Shown here piece by piece: positions 42,794 through 57,400 of a stretch of 64,000 bases of DNA; the first letter of the stretch is position 1, and each line of letters opens with the position of its first letter. A model generated the notes under the pieces. The model was not told the origin of the DNA. It ran no database searches and saw nothing but the letters and a program-made list of their open reading frames with translations. The translations under genes were made by a program, and so were the position numbers. Source of the stretch: Zancudomyces culisetae HAW-14-8 (taxonomy: Eukaryota; Fungi; Kickxellomycota); assembly GCA_052426225.1 (NCBI GenBank), contig JBNJNM010000010.1, positions 1,178,001-1,242,000 on the forward strand. Reading direction: 5' to 3'.

Positions 42794-45352
42794 TTATTTT
42801 CCAAATTGAATCGCAATTTTAATAAATTTAGCTGGACGAAAAGATTTTTTTTCTTTTTGTTATTTACACATTGATTAATATTCTTGTACTCCTTTTTTCT
42901 TTACTTTATTTTCTTGTACTCTTTCGCCTTCTCTCGCTCTCTAAATCGATAACCCTCTTAATATAAATTATAAAACAATCACTGTGATTGTTTTTTTTGA
43001 CTCGTGTGGATCCGCCCTTTTCCTTTAATTCCAAAATTATTTACCACTACTTTGTAAAAATCCGTAGCTAGATACTAGTTGAGTTTCTCTGTATTTTTGT
43101 TTTCTCCTTTATATTGTCTTGATATATTTATTTTTTTGAAAATGGTTGATTTGGTTTGGATTTCTAGTTGAAATCTATATATTATTCAAAAAAAAACAAA
43201 TAAACCAAAACAATAAACGACTAGTTGCTTGTATAATCTAATTCAATAATACTCGACAAATCAGTTTAATCTCTTGTAAAAAAAAATTCTTTTAGCTTGT
43301 TGGTCAATATCAAGAGTGTTATTTTCCAATATATATTAGTTCTTTAACACTATAATAAATAAATATATACAAAAAAAAACAAACTTTTTTTTGGATATAT
43401 CAACAATAACAAAAATTATTGTGGATAAATTGTGAACAATTATTTTTAAAAGATTCGATAATTTACCATAAACATAAATATAACAGGAAATGAAAGTTCA
43501 GAAATTCTATAGTGTGATTTTTTAAGATTTTTTATTTTTCCCCCCAAAACTCCTTTTCCTCTCCCTCCCTCTCCTCCCCCCTTACTTGCCATCGTTCAAT
43601 TCACTCTAGTAATTTTTGTATTATTATTTTTTTACTTATTTTTTTTTTGCTTTCCAAAAAGAGCACATAATAGGGAATTTAAAATGTAAAATATCCAATA
43701 ATTTATAAACATCTACAAACATACTCTTGAAATAACGTGAAAAAAGCTAGTAATTTAATCACAATTTAAAGTTGGTTGATAAACTTGGTTATTTATTTAA
43801 ATTTTTCATTAAATAAAAACATATAAAGTATTAAAAATCACGAAATGAAATAAAAAAACAAGACAAAAGAAAAAAAAGAAAAAAAAGAAAAAAAAAGTCA
43901 ATAATCTCAATTTACATTTTTGTTTGATGGACATTGCTTTTTTCTTTTCAGTCTAAAAATAAAATAAAAGTTACAATATAAAAGTTTTGTATTCGGGAAT
44001 ATGACTTGTACAAGTAGTCTCATATTTCCTAGCTTGTAAAAAACAAGTATTCAAATCTCTATAATTTAAATAGTAGCCCATTCCAGTGGTACTATTAAGC
44101 GAATTCAAAGTAGATGAGAGGAAAATGGAGATAGAGATGGAGAAGTAGAAGTAGAGTGTACTATGAGTGATGGTAGTGATGGTTGGATAATATTAATATC
44201 CTAGCATCGGTTCGTTCCTTTTAATTTTATTTTTAATATTAATTTTAATATAATACAAAGTTTTTATTTTTTGGACAAATTGTGAGTTATTCTAGGTGTG
44301 ATTATAGACTCCGTCCACTTGAAACGTATTTTAATTTAATAAAGATGTTATAGATATAGGATACGGGAACTTGATAAACAGAAAAGAGAGGGGCTGAAGA
44401 TTGAGGGTTGGTGGAGAGTATATTAGTGAAAGGCAAAGTATTGTATGTTATTCCTTGTTACTAGTAAATAAATAACCAATACTTTTTGGTAGCGAATTAT
44501 ACAGTTTATGGCTTGTAAATGGAAAGCGTGACATGCAATATGTATGATATAATGCAATGCAATAAAAAAAATTCCGTCAGGTTATTTGCTTTTATATTAT
44601 ATTATATTATATTATTTTTTGTATATAATGATCACAAGATTTAAAAAGCAAATAAATACCAGAATATTCTTACCTAATTTACAAATAAAAAATATTCAAA
44701 TTATTCAAATTATTAAAAATATAAACCTGATAATTATACAAAGTACGCAGGGAAATATCCAAGTTTATTGTCATTATATATGTAAAAGTATTGTTAATAG
44801 CTAAAATTTAAATATAATGAGATGAGATGGGATGTGATGGATTGAGATGAGATGAAAAAGATATAATCCTAGAAAGTATATCGAGTTTAAGATTTGAATT
44901 TGATGTTTAATGATAATTATTTCCTATTTCCTATTTCCTATTTTCAAAAAAATAAAAATAAAAATAAAAACACTACGGGGAGGAGAGGGGAGAAGGGGAA
45001 TATTGAACGAGAAGTAGAAATAAGAAAGATAAATGGATAAATGAATGAATGGAAATATGTGGATTCAAAATAAACCGAGAACGGAGTGAGTGAAAGTGTG
45101 GGTGTGGATATGGGTTTGGAAGAGAAAGAGGAAGAGGAAGAGGAAAGGAAAGAGTGAGGAGAAGTAAAGAGAAAGAAGGAGGGGTGGAGTTTGGTTGGAT
45201 AGATGGTGTAAGATGGCGTGGGTCCTCTTCAAGTTCCAGTTTTAATGTTCAGGGATGTAATAAAACTAGATTTTTACAGTTTAAAGTTATATTTAATTTT
45301 TAATAGACAAATAAAATAAAATTAAATAAATAAGGGAGAATGTAACAATGAT

Positions 45353-45398
45353 GGGGGGAGGGGGGAAGGGGCAGGAGGGGCAGGAGGGGTGGGGTGGG
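45353..45398 (+). other. G-run cluster (potential G-quadruplex) in the MED14/BTG divergent intergenic region
   Basis: GGGGGGAGGGGGGAAGGGGCAGGAGGGGCAGGAGGGGTGGGGTGGG. Confidence 0.55.
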
Positions 45399-45990
45399 AG
45401 AGAAAGAAAGAACAAGAATAAAAGAAAGAACAAGAAAAAAAAGGAAAGCGGAGGAAGGGAGTGGGAAATCTAATGTGTTTGAAATTCAATAAAAATGGAA
45501 TTCGTCAAATAGAGAAAAAGCTGTTTAATAATCCATAAATTTGGGTTGGATTTTTTTATTCATGCACATTAATAAATGTAAGGACAAAATAAAAAAATAA
45601 AAAAATAAAAAAAATAATATTAAAAAAAGTAGAAATTTGTGTATTTAAATACTAATTATTTTATACCCTTTATTATATCTACCTATACCTATACCTATAT
45701 CTATTTCTATTTCTATTTTTATATTTTGCAACTATTACCTAACTACAAATACACACAAAAAAAAAAAACACACATATATACCTCTTTTTTTTATTTTTAT
45801 TTTTATACTTTATATTTATGCTTTTACTTTTCATTTTTAAACAAACAAACAAACAAACTCAACCAACAAACTCAACCAACAAACTCAACCCCCCCTTCCC
45901 CCCCCCCCCTTTAATTTGAATTTTAATCCAAATTCTTGATTTTTCAAATTGCTAAATAAAGAGAAAAACAAAAAGAAAAAGAAAGTAAGG

Positions 45991-46899
45991 ATGCAAAAGG
46001 AAATAGATCAGGCTATTGATTTTATATTGTCAAAGATTCCAGATTCCGACCTTAACAGTCAAAGCCGAAGCGGCCTACGATCGGCACTGACAACCGAGCT
46101 AACCAAACGATACAATGGACACTGGTACCCCCAAACACCGACCAAGGGGTCGGCATATCGAGCATTGACGATTTGGTCGCGGGTAGATCCGATTATCATA
46201 AAGGCGGCGAAAATGGCAAATATCAACCCCACGATTCTGTCGGCAAACTTGCCCAAGGACCTGACTATTTGGTGTGACCCTCATTCGGTATCTTATAGAA
46301 TTGGGGATTATGGATCTTGTATTTGTGTTTATGAAAACAAACGTGAATTGCTTGAACATACCAAGCGGCATGTGGCTGAACGCGTTAATAATTCCTCGAC
46401 TGGCGACTTTGTTATTAGCGCTTATACAGCACCCGTGGTTATCCGTCGTGCTACTGCTGACCGTGTACCTTCACCAGGTAAAACATATTCCTCTACCTAT
46501 CTACCTACCTACCTATCTATCCATTTATTTATTTATTTAAATGTATTTTTTTCAAAGCAAAACTTGGAAATAATATTTAATCAATTGTATAATATAATAT
46601 TTATAGATAGCAATACACTTTACTCCCGTTCATCATCAACAAAAGCAACATTAAAGAATATGGTTAATCTCAGTAATAGTAGTGGTAATGGCACACGAGT
46701 CGGGCTACAAAACGATGTTGCTAGAATGAAATCCAAAACACCTACAAGTATCAATTTTCAGCAAGTAAATATGAATACTGGTATTACATCTAGTCAGCAA
46801 CAACAACAACAACATCAACAACATCAACAACAACAAGGTTCTTCATTATCAATGACACAATTACCCAAACTCAGACATCCTAATGCACCAAAAGCTTGA
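45991..46899 (+). CDS. BTG/Tob (APRO) family protein. Exon 1 45991-46477, intron 46478-46606, exon 2 46607-46899
   Basis: MQKEIDQAIDFI start, Box A (YNGHWYPQTPTKGSAYRAL), Box B (LPKDLTIWCDPHSVSYRIG), Gln-rich tail. Confidence 0.9.
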   Translation: MQKEIDQAIDFILSKIPDSDLNSQSRSGLRSALTTELTKRYNGHWYPQTPTKGSAYRALTIWSRVDPIIIKAAKMANINPTILSANLPKDLTIWCDPHSVSYRIGDYGSCICVYENKRELLEHTKRHVAERVNNSSTGDFVISAYTAPVVIRRATADRVPSPGKTYSSTYLPTYLSIHLFIYLNVFFSKQNLEIIFNQLYNIIFIDSNTLYSRSSSTKATLKNMVNLSNSSGNGTRVGLQNDVARMKSKTPTSINFQQVNMNTGITSSQQQQQQHQQHQQQQGSSLSMTQLPKLRHPNAPKA

Positions 46900-47151
46900 C
46901 ATTTTTAAAATGTCTCTCTCTCTCTCTTTTTTTAATATTATCATTATTTAGTTTCACCCTTCACTTCTCTCCTCACTTCACCACTCCTCCCCTTTTCTCT
47001 TTATTTTTTTTTAATGTACAAAATTTATAATTGTATTTTGAAATATTACAAGTATGTTGTTGAAAACAAGATTTTATTTGTTGTTAGTATATAAAATAAA
47101 TAAATAAATATATATATATATATAAAAGTGATAAATAATAAAAGTATTAAA

Positions 47152-48449
47152 CTAGCTAAAACCAAAACCAGTACTACATTCAGAAATAGCGGTCAATAAC
47201 TGATCACGTAAAACCTCATAGGATTCATAAAGAGGCAGATCCAATTGATTAAAGCAAGTATGGGCACTAGGCAATCTCAAATTGGAACTGAAATCCTTGT
47301 GAATTTGGAATTTCTGGTACCCACCACTTCCCTGCAATTTGGAAAAGCCTTCCAATGGAACTTTGCTAGTTCCAGTAACAAACTGCAACAGCTTGGCGCG
47401 TTCTTCCTGGTCAAAGGCTCGCACAGCCCTCCAGAACCACTGGATTTGCACACAGGAACTTGAATACCCGCCGTGGTACTCGGTATTGTTCCTCCAATCG
47501 TCCACGTCGATATCAGGCAGCCCACTAATCAACAGCTCGACCTCTTGCTCGTTCATTATCTGAATCAGGTCCTTGGGAACCAGTTCGTGGAAGCCTTCAA
47601 GGAAGGCATTGATTTGGTCCTGGATAGCAACGGTCAGTCTCTGTTCAGATACCAGCCGCACATACTCGACTTTATTCTCTTGAGTAACGGGAATGTTTCG
47701 GCCATCAGGTATCAAATCTACAATACGCAGCTGGCCAAAATCATCGACATGCACCGAAAATGTCTCGTCAACAATATCGGTTATATCATTGTCCAAAATC
47801 CACTGCAGCGACTTGAAATATTCCGGATCAACCGCCTCCATATCCTTATAATCCACAGGTCTTCCCAACATATGTTTGTAGAACGACCGTGTAAAATACG
47901 CATCAAACAGCCGTTGGTCACAAATAGCCTTGCCAATAATCCGACCGACAAATTTGAAATACAACAAATGGTCCGGATTGGCCCAGCTCTGAGGATTTGG
48001 CTGGTACGTAATCTTGTCAGCAGCACTAGGCTTGAACAACGCATAGTCTGGATTAAACATTTGCCGCGAAAGCACCGTAAACCATTCTCTAGTAACGCCT
48101 CCCGCATCAACTCCCTCCTCCTCATAAAACTTGACATTCAATTTCCCATGCCGGATCTCCGCCCCTGATTTGCCCGCAAACTGGTGGAAACTGTCTTCAA
48201 ATACATACTGTCTTCGAACATTCAAATTCAGCGTCACTGCACTGTACCGATTGTCGTCATTGACCGTTGCTGTCGCCAACTTTTGGTAGAAATACGACCG
48301 CTTGTTATCGAATTCAAGCACCCGAGGGTTGTGTACCAACAACGAAAACGACCCACTTAATAGGTTGGGATTGGACCGGACTAGCGTATTGAGAATCTTT
48401 TTATGAGTATCTGTAAAATTCAAAAACAATAAATCTTCAGATTTACCAC

Positions 48450-48489
<40 letters not shown>

Positions 48490-51400
48490 AACAGAAGGAG
48501 AAGAAGAAATAGAACCAGTTGAAGAGGGTCGATGAACATGAGGTTTAGATACTACCATAAACGACTCTATTAATGGTAATAACACTGACGCCATATGTGT
48601 CAAGTCCTGTGTTTGTTGAATATACGTCAAACTCTTTCCCAACAATGTCCACAGTTCTATAAACAATGGCGATTTCCACAAACTCTTTTCAACTTCTTTG
48701 ATATAATCACCGGTCAGTTTGGCCGCAATATTTGATGCCACTGACGTTGTTGCTTCTGTACCTTTTTCTTTTTCTTTTTCTTTTTCTGCTCCTTTTTCTG
48801 TTTCTGTTTCTATCTCCATATTTTTTTCTTTTTCTTTTTTCTCTTTTTCCTTTTTCTCTTTTTCTTTTTCTTGTTCTTCTTCGTTCAAAATTGTACTGGT
48901 TCGTTTCTTTGATAAAATATAATCAGTAGCTTTAAGCAATCTCAAAATCCGTGCCTGTAGCGAAGAAGGCAAAGTAAAAGAAGAAAGTGTCAGCCTTTGA
49001 ATATCATCCAAATCCTTGACCTCCTTCTCCATCAACAAATTAAGCTTAACCAAATCCCGACTCGCAAGCTCGATATGCTTAAATATCGATTCCGTCAACT
49101 CGGTCATTATCACTGGTAGCGCATTATCCAAACACAACAAATGCTGAATCAGCACCAACGTGTTTTGCAAAGTCTTGCTGGTACATTCCCCTGCACACAA
49201 CACATTCACCACCGCCTTTAACGCCTGCTTTGGAATCACTGGCAGTAACAACTGTCTATCATGCTTGTGGCTAGCTGGTGCTTTTGCCCATAGTGGTAAT
49301 GGCTTGGTTACTAGCGATAGTAAGTGTACCAGTGATTCTGTAATTTGTGGATCTGATCCATAATAAAATGGCCGTTGTAATAACATTAGTAGATCAACTA
49401 ATGGGCTCTTGGATACTTGCTCATTATTTCCTGCTGTAATTGATGTTGATGTCTCGTTACTCTTCATCAAGCTAACATTGCTATTATTATTATTATTGTT
49501 GTTGTTGTTGTTGGGTTCCAACAAGAAATATAAAGCTGCTCTTGGATTCTTTCTTGTCAATTGAATCAACGAATCCAAACAAGTCAATATTGGAGAATGA
49601 GTAGCAGCCAAACAATGCAATTTCGTCAACAAAAACACACCACCATTAACATTAACATTAACACTAACACTATTATTATTGTTTGTGTTTGTATTTGTGT
49701 TTGTATTTGTGTTTCCATCTAGAGTTTCAACAACACTTGGCGTTTCACTAACAATCTTTTGATTCAAAAACTGCTCAACCTTCTCAAAACTATTACACTC
49801 ATTCGACAATAACATCAGCACCATCGCTATGTAATCACTCCGAGTCTTTGGATTTTCACACAGGTTGTTCAGTGTCTTGGATACCATCTGGTCCACCACC
49901 ATCCCCTTTGGCAAAAACAAAAATCGCACCAAACTCACCAGCTCCGCCGTACTCAATATCTGAACCATCTTGTCCCGATCACTTGGCTTGCTCTCTTGCT
50001 TTGTTTGTGCATTGTCATTGTCATTGTCATTATCATTATCATTGTTGTTGCTGTTGTTGTTGCTGTTGTCTTGTCGTCGTATATGCCCAGTCAGATGTGG
50101 ATTCATTACTCGATTTAGTAGTTGGCTCCTTATCCCCCGATCTCTGTCTCTATCTCTGTCTCTATCTCTGTCTCTATCTCGTCCGAGATGGTTACTGAAA
50201 TGTATGAAATCTGACATTGTATCTCGTCGACTCGTTGTTCCTTCCAAAACTCGTTCTGTAAATGTGTTTTCAGATCTCGAATTCTCTCCTCCAAGCATAT
50301 TACGTACTGACGTCATGATATTTAACAGTTGTTGATTCGGTTCTGTCTCTCTTGTCAAACCTGTAGTCGTTTCTAAATCTGTTGCTACTCCTGTTCCTAC
50401 TCCTGCCTCTAATCCTGTTCCCGATCCCGATCCTGCTCCTGCTCGTCTTAATCCTTGTTGTTGTTGTCTTAGTCTATGTTGTTCCTGTCGTGCTTGTAAA
50501 GTCTGTAATAACCGTTGTTGTTCAATAACTTCTTGTCTAATATCTGGTGGAAGTGCATCAAGAAATTCTCTACTAACTTGAGTTGAAACACGTTGAGTAG
50601 AACTCTCATTATTAGTAGCAGTAGTAGCAGTAGTAGCACCAGTAGTAGCAGGTATAGTAGCAGGTATAGTAGCAGTAGCAGTAGCACCAGTAGTAGTGGT
50701 AGGGACAGTAGCAGGTATAGTAGTAGCAGGTATGGTAGTAGTAGTAGTAGTAGTAGAAGTATTGTTGTTCCTTCTAGTTTCTGCTTCCAATTCATTCATT
50801 CTTTGTGCTAATACTTCTCTTCGCATTTCATTGGGAATAGCTTGTATAAACTCTAAATCGATTCCTAAATTGGCTATATTTACCATTTCCCCATCAATTT
50901 CAACAAGTATTGGCTCGCTTTGAGTATCTTGAACACTGGTTTCAGCTTTTTCTCCTTCCTCCTTTTTCTCCTCCTCCTCCTCCTCTTTCTCCTCTTCCTC
51001 TTTTTGCTTTTCTTTTTCTTTCTCCTTTTCTTTTTCTTTTTCTTTTTCTTTCTCTTTCTCTTTTTCTTTCTCCTCTTTTTCTTTTTCTTTCTTTTCTCTT
51101 TCCAATCTCAACACTTCCCTCTTTTTCATCAAGGACTTGGAAAGACTCTCCAACGCATCAGTAATCTTCTGCGCCTTCTCATACTCCACCCTCGCAGCCT
51201 CCCACAACCTATTCGAAACAACCGTCGACATCCTAACCGATCGATCAGAACTCATCCCCTCATACCACAAATACGTCTCTTGCTGCCACCGCTCATGTGT
51301 ATACAATGGTGTGTTGCTTGATATTGCCCGCACCGACAACGCCATCATCACTACCAATTGTGAAATGTTTATTATCTGTTGAAACATTGGTCGAATATTA

Positions 51401-54400
51401 TTATTAGCTTCCTCGACTTTTACTTTTTCATCTTGCTTTTCATCTGTCTTTTCTTTTTCATCTTGCTTTTCTTTTGGTACCTCCAAACTAACTGGTGACT
51501 GTGACTGTGATTGTGTCTGTGATTGTGATTGTGATTGTGATTGTGATTGTGATTGTGATTGTGATTGCAAGGTTTCTGTATCCATCATGCTGGCCCGAAT
51601 AGGCTCACTTTCAGTAACACTCACATTAACAAGCCCTCGTCTAGCCAACGAATTCCGCGAATGTGGCAACCCACTACCACCACCACCACCAAGCGAACCT
51701 CGAGTCAATCGATGCAGTGTAGCTATGCTATTTCCCGCATCTACCGCCATCAACGGATGCGCCAATCCATGACTCAAATTAACATTCGGTGCAAACAACA
51801 ACGTCGATGACCGCCTAAACTCATTGTTCAACACATGTGTTCCCAGTGAATGTACCAACTGGTCTCCCAAATTGTGTGGCGTTTGTGTATCCAATCGACC
51901 CAGTGATGAATAACTAACTCCTACTCCTCCTGCTCCTTCTATTCCTCCTATTCCTATTCCTCCTATTCCCATTCCCATTCCTATCCCTATTCCTCTTCCA
52001 CGCAAATGTGTATCAAATCCACTATTAATCCCTATTCCCATTCCCATCCCCATCCCCATTCCTAATCCACGACTAATTCCTCCATCAACCCCATACCGCA
52101 CATTTCCCAATCCAAAATCCATCAACTCGTCCTCATCTTCTTCACCATCATCATCATCATCGTCATCATCATCGTCATCATCTTCATCATCCTCACTATC
52201 TCCTTCATCATCTTCATCATCACTAATCTCATCATCATCTTCATTGTTGTTGTTGCCACTATTTCCTCCAATTCGTATATTTCCATCATCAAACTCAAAC
52301 TCCATCCATTCCGTTCCTCCATACCTATCACTTCCTCCTCCTCCTAATCGCGAACGATTATTTCTTGCACCTCCACTATTCCGATAATACTGAGTACCAT
52401 ACCCTCCTACTCCTACTCCTCCTGCTTCATTAAACGATGTCTCCAATTCATCAGGTACTTGTTCAGTTATCACAATTCTCCTCGCTATTTGATTATCCGG
52501 TATATTCACATCTCTTCCTCTCCCTCCTGCTCCTCCTCCTCTACCTCCTCCAATCGCTGTAAATCGAAGACTTCCAGGAATACCATCACGTGTTCGTTCA
52601 AACACACTATCCACAACTGAACTCAACATTTGATGAACATTACTACTATTTGCTGGATTTCTTCTCATTGAAGAACCATCCAACTCCAACTCCATATCTA
52701 AATCTAAATCCAAATCCATGTCCAAATCCATGTCTAAATTCAAATCCAAATTTCTTGTTTCTCTACCAAGTTCTTGTGCTGAAATTCCATCTTGGATTGA
52801 TCCAGGTGGTAAATGTGGTGAATTTGTGTATGTCTGATGACGACGATTTTGCTGTTGTTGTTGGTTTTGTTGTTGTAGATTTGTTCTCATTGACATATCC
52901 ATATCCAACTCTGAATCGTCTTCTTCAACTATCTGTTCCAGTTCTCGAATCAATTCAGTTGGAAACGCTTCAATTCCATCATCATCATCATCATCATCAT
53001 CCTCACGTTCATCATCATCATCATCACTACGGTTCCATTCTGCTAATTCATCATCCAACATATCGTCATCATCAATAGATCCTCCTCTTCCCCTTCCTCG
53101 CCTTCCTCCTCCTACTCCCATCTCCATTCCCTCTATATCATCCATATCATCATCATCCACTACTTCTTCATCTCCATCTACACTCTCTCCGTCTCCGTCT
53201 TCTTCATCATCCTCATCCGATTGATCCGAATCCATCTCTGACATTGAACTTCTCTCGTCATAATACTCAGTAAACGACATACTATCCGATGAATACATAT
53301 CACTATCCTCTCTCAACGCCTCCGTTATCGCATCTCCATGAACCAACCCCAACGCTGAATTCATATACAAATCCGGTGGAATGTCATCTTCCGATAACCC
53401 ATCAATCGCCGAATAATCTATGTCAATCGACTTTGTCGCCTCCAAATACTTTGACGCCAACTTTGAATTCAACTTCAAAGCTGCTTGACTCAGCTGGTCC
53501 AGCGGCTTCATCAAACAATTCAACACCTCCTTGCTGCTTGGATTGTTCAAATCTAGCCGACTAGTCGCAGTCAATATCATCTCAAAAAATCCCTTTTCCA
53601 ATATCATCTTTCCCATTACCAATGACTTGGAATTCTCACTTGTCTTATCTTTTGCATTTGGATTTGTTGAGGTTTCTGCCAGTAATAATATTAGCAACCT
53701 TGAAAGTGCTTTCAATCGACTATATGTAATTTCCAGTAGTGTCATTGTTGTTGTAACTCCATCAATTCCACTTGGTGCACATGCCAACGTCTCTCTAAAT
53801 GCTCTAGCTATATGATCAAGTACCAATTGTCTAGATGCTTCAATAGCCTGTCCAAGTTGTGTCTGTTGTTGTGTTTGTGTTTGTGTCTGTTGTTGTGTTT
53901 GTGTTTGTTGTGTTTGTGTCTTTGGTTTTGGTTTATTGTTTATAGTAAATTCCACCAACGGATCATAAAGAACAACATCACTCGATGGACACAATACATC
54001 CAATAGCGTTCTAGCCCAATATATCTGATTATTACACAAATCCGCCCGCAACAAATACAATATCCTCTTCACAGACTTGTAGTTCTTCTCGTCAATCTTG
54101 CTCTCGTCATCCACCAACTTATCCACAGTCATGTTCTTATCAAACGTCTCGCTATACGCCATCGATAACGCATACGTTGATGCCTCCCGAACCGTCATAT
54201 CATGCACCAAAAAACTTATCAATGGTGATCGATGTTGCATGCTGTTTTGCTGTTTGGCCACAAGTACTGCCGGAATTGTAAACGAATAGTTGCTAAATAT
54301 CTCCACCAACAACTGAATCAAAAAACACCGGTACGCCGTCAGCTCTACATTCTCCACCATCGCCTCTTTATCCACCTGCTGTTTCCCCTTTATCCCCACC

Positions 54401-57400
54401 ATATGCTCTGCCGCGCTACCACCACCACTACCACCACTACCACTACCACTGCTATTACCCGCATTTCCTCCTTCGCTCTTTGTTGCCAACAACTCCTCCA
54501 CTATTACACTCACCAACTGCTTACTCTTCTCTACATCCGCCTCACATACTTCTTCTGAATGGTCGACTACTTTGTCTCTGCTCTCCAACTCCTTCTTTAT
54601 CTCTTCAAGCTTTTTCTGCTGGTCTTTTACTTCTACCATCTCTTCTACCTCTTTACAACTACTTGCATAGTACTCAATCTCGTCTCCTGAAAATGGCTCC
54701 AAATGTCTCCATCCTACCTTTACATTATTTGCCTTTGCCATCGCTGATGCTGATGCTGATGCTGATGCTGATGCTGATGCTGATGCTGATGCTGATGCTG
54801 AATTTCCATTTGTACTTGCGGCTGGTCCCTCAAAATTCATCGCTGAACAATGCTTGGCTGCCAACTCTACAAACAAATCTGGATTCCGCAACACCACACT
54901 TGAATTCGCCCGAAGAAACCCTGACACATCTGGATATCGGAACTGATTCGCCTCCAAAAACATGTACACCCGAATCGCCATCGAATTCTTCAACACCCCT
55001 GCCGTCTCTATCACATGTCGAACTATATGCATCAGTAACACTCGCTCCTGCTTCAACTGCCCCACTATCCCCGTCTGGCTAACCTTCGTTATCATCTTCT
55101 TCACCATATTCTCTGCCGTCAATGTCGCATCGTTCATTTCCATCCCTTCCATCTCTGTTGTCCCCGAAATCCTCTTTATCAACCTCAATATTCCCACCAA
55201 CCCTGATCCCGCCTCTCCTACCAGCTTGCTACTAAACTCCTCGCCTCGTGTCAGATATGCAATCAACCGGAAGAATGACATTCGCATCTCTCGCTCCATA
55301 CTAACCTTCCCACTACTCACTTTTGCCAGTATTTCTATCGTCAATTGGCTTATTTTGTTTGTGTGCTCACATTGCTCCTTTTTCTTTTTGTTTTCCATTT
55401 CTTTTTCACTTTCTTTTTCTTTCTCTTTCTCTTTTTCACCTTCACTTTCTTTTTCTTTTCCATTTTCATTCAGAGTTTGACTTTGATTAACACTTTTCGG
55501 TTCATTAACCATCCTCAAATATGTACAAAACACCAAAAATATCGCACTCGCATAATTGCAATACTCTACCACACTCTCCGACCTTACCATCTTATTCATT
55601 ATCTCCACCAACGGCTCCACCACTTGTCCCGCCCATCCCTCAAACTGCGTTCCTAATGTCGGATCGCTCAGTATAATCGCCCAGAACGTCGCTTGATAAA
55701 ACAGCTCGTTCGATTTTTTAATCCCTTCTTCTCCTTCCTCTCCTGACATTACCTCGCTCGCACTCCTTTTCAATCCACTAAACAACTCCTCAAACATTTT
55801 ATCCGTTACTTTCCCCACCTTTTTCGTCACCAAAACTACCAAATGGATCAGTTGTTGTTTAAATTTGCCCCTTGTTACCGTCACTAATTCTACTATCCGC
55901 CCTGGAATACTCTCCTCCAAATCGGCTCGCTGTGCTATTAGCTTTTCTTGAAGCTCTGTAACTTGTTCTATCAGTTTTTTTTCGCTATCGACTACCATAT
56001 CCTCCACTCCTGTCCCTGTCTCTTTCTTTTTCTCAGATTCTGCTTCTGCCTCTGCTACCTCCTTTTTCTTGTTATTATCTCCTTCATCTATATTCTCTGT
56101 CTGCTCTCCAACATTATCATCTTGTCGAGCTGACTCTACAGATTCTTCTTGTACACTGTCTTGTTCCATAGGAACTACTGTTTCATTACCTCCTTCACCT
56201 TCTCCTTCACCTTCACCTTCACCTTCTCCTTCTCCTTCTCCTTCTCTTCCTTGTTCTTCATTTGTAGCTGTTGCATTCATCATTCTCGTTACCAAATAAT
56301 CCGCTGCTCTATCCAAACTATTAAATGTCAACCGCAATGCCTCTTCCACATTCCGTCGCTCAAATCCTATCGATACTAAATCTGCAACATGATTCTGATT
56401 AACCACAAATCCGGGAGTTTCTCTCTGTGTCCCTGGCCTTACTATTGCTCCACTTGCCCCACTTCCTCCTTCCACTCCCACCCCCACTCCCACCCCCAAT
56501 CCACCTTCTACATTTTGACGACTACGTACTGTATCCAATGGTATATATAAACTCTCATAAAACGATGCTTGATTTCCAATTCCCATCCCCACTCCCACTC
56601 CCATCCCCATTCCCATACCAATTCCCATCCCGATACCTGCTTCTTCTCTCATATTTCTCGCAGTCTTAATTGTATCAACCAAATTGTCGATATTACCCTT
56701 TATCAACACTCCCATACACGCCAATAAAGAATCCATACAATTCGTACTAAACTCTGGAACTGAACTTGAAAAATATACCCTCTTCACCAATGGAAATACC
56801 TCTCGTTTAATCTTGGCCGATACCAACGCTGCCGAAAACTCTTTATTACTTCCCACAAAATACTCACTGTTCTTCAACTCCTCTGTATTTGGCTTCATAT
56901 ACGCCACATACACACAGTCTGCCAGCAGGTTTGTGTTGGTTAGGAAATGCAAAATCGTCAGTAACATCTCAAACGTATTATCCAACAACTCTACAAACTT
57001 GTTTTGCGCCGTAACTCCTGTGCTTTCTCCTCCTCCTCCTCCTCCTCCTCCTCCTCCTGCAACTTCTGTTCCCTCCGCATTCCTTGTTATTCCTTTGCTC
57101 ACACACTGCTCATATATCGTCAAAACCTTCGAAATCAACTCCAAAAGCCGTGGAATTCCTTGTTTAATACAAAACGGCAATAGTATCGACGCCTGTATAA
57201 ATGTTCGCGACTTGTCCTCGATCAACATCATTGTCGTTGATCCCACTGCTGAATTGATATATCGAAGCTCACTCAACAAATTTTCATAATCCGGCGTTCC
57301 TTGCATTATACTTCTCTCTATCTCTTCTCCCAACCCTATAGACTTTTTCATTGCCTCCATAAGCAGCTGTGAAAATATCGACGATACCCTTGCAAAATCT

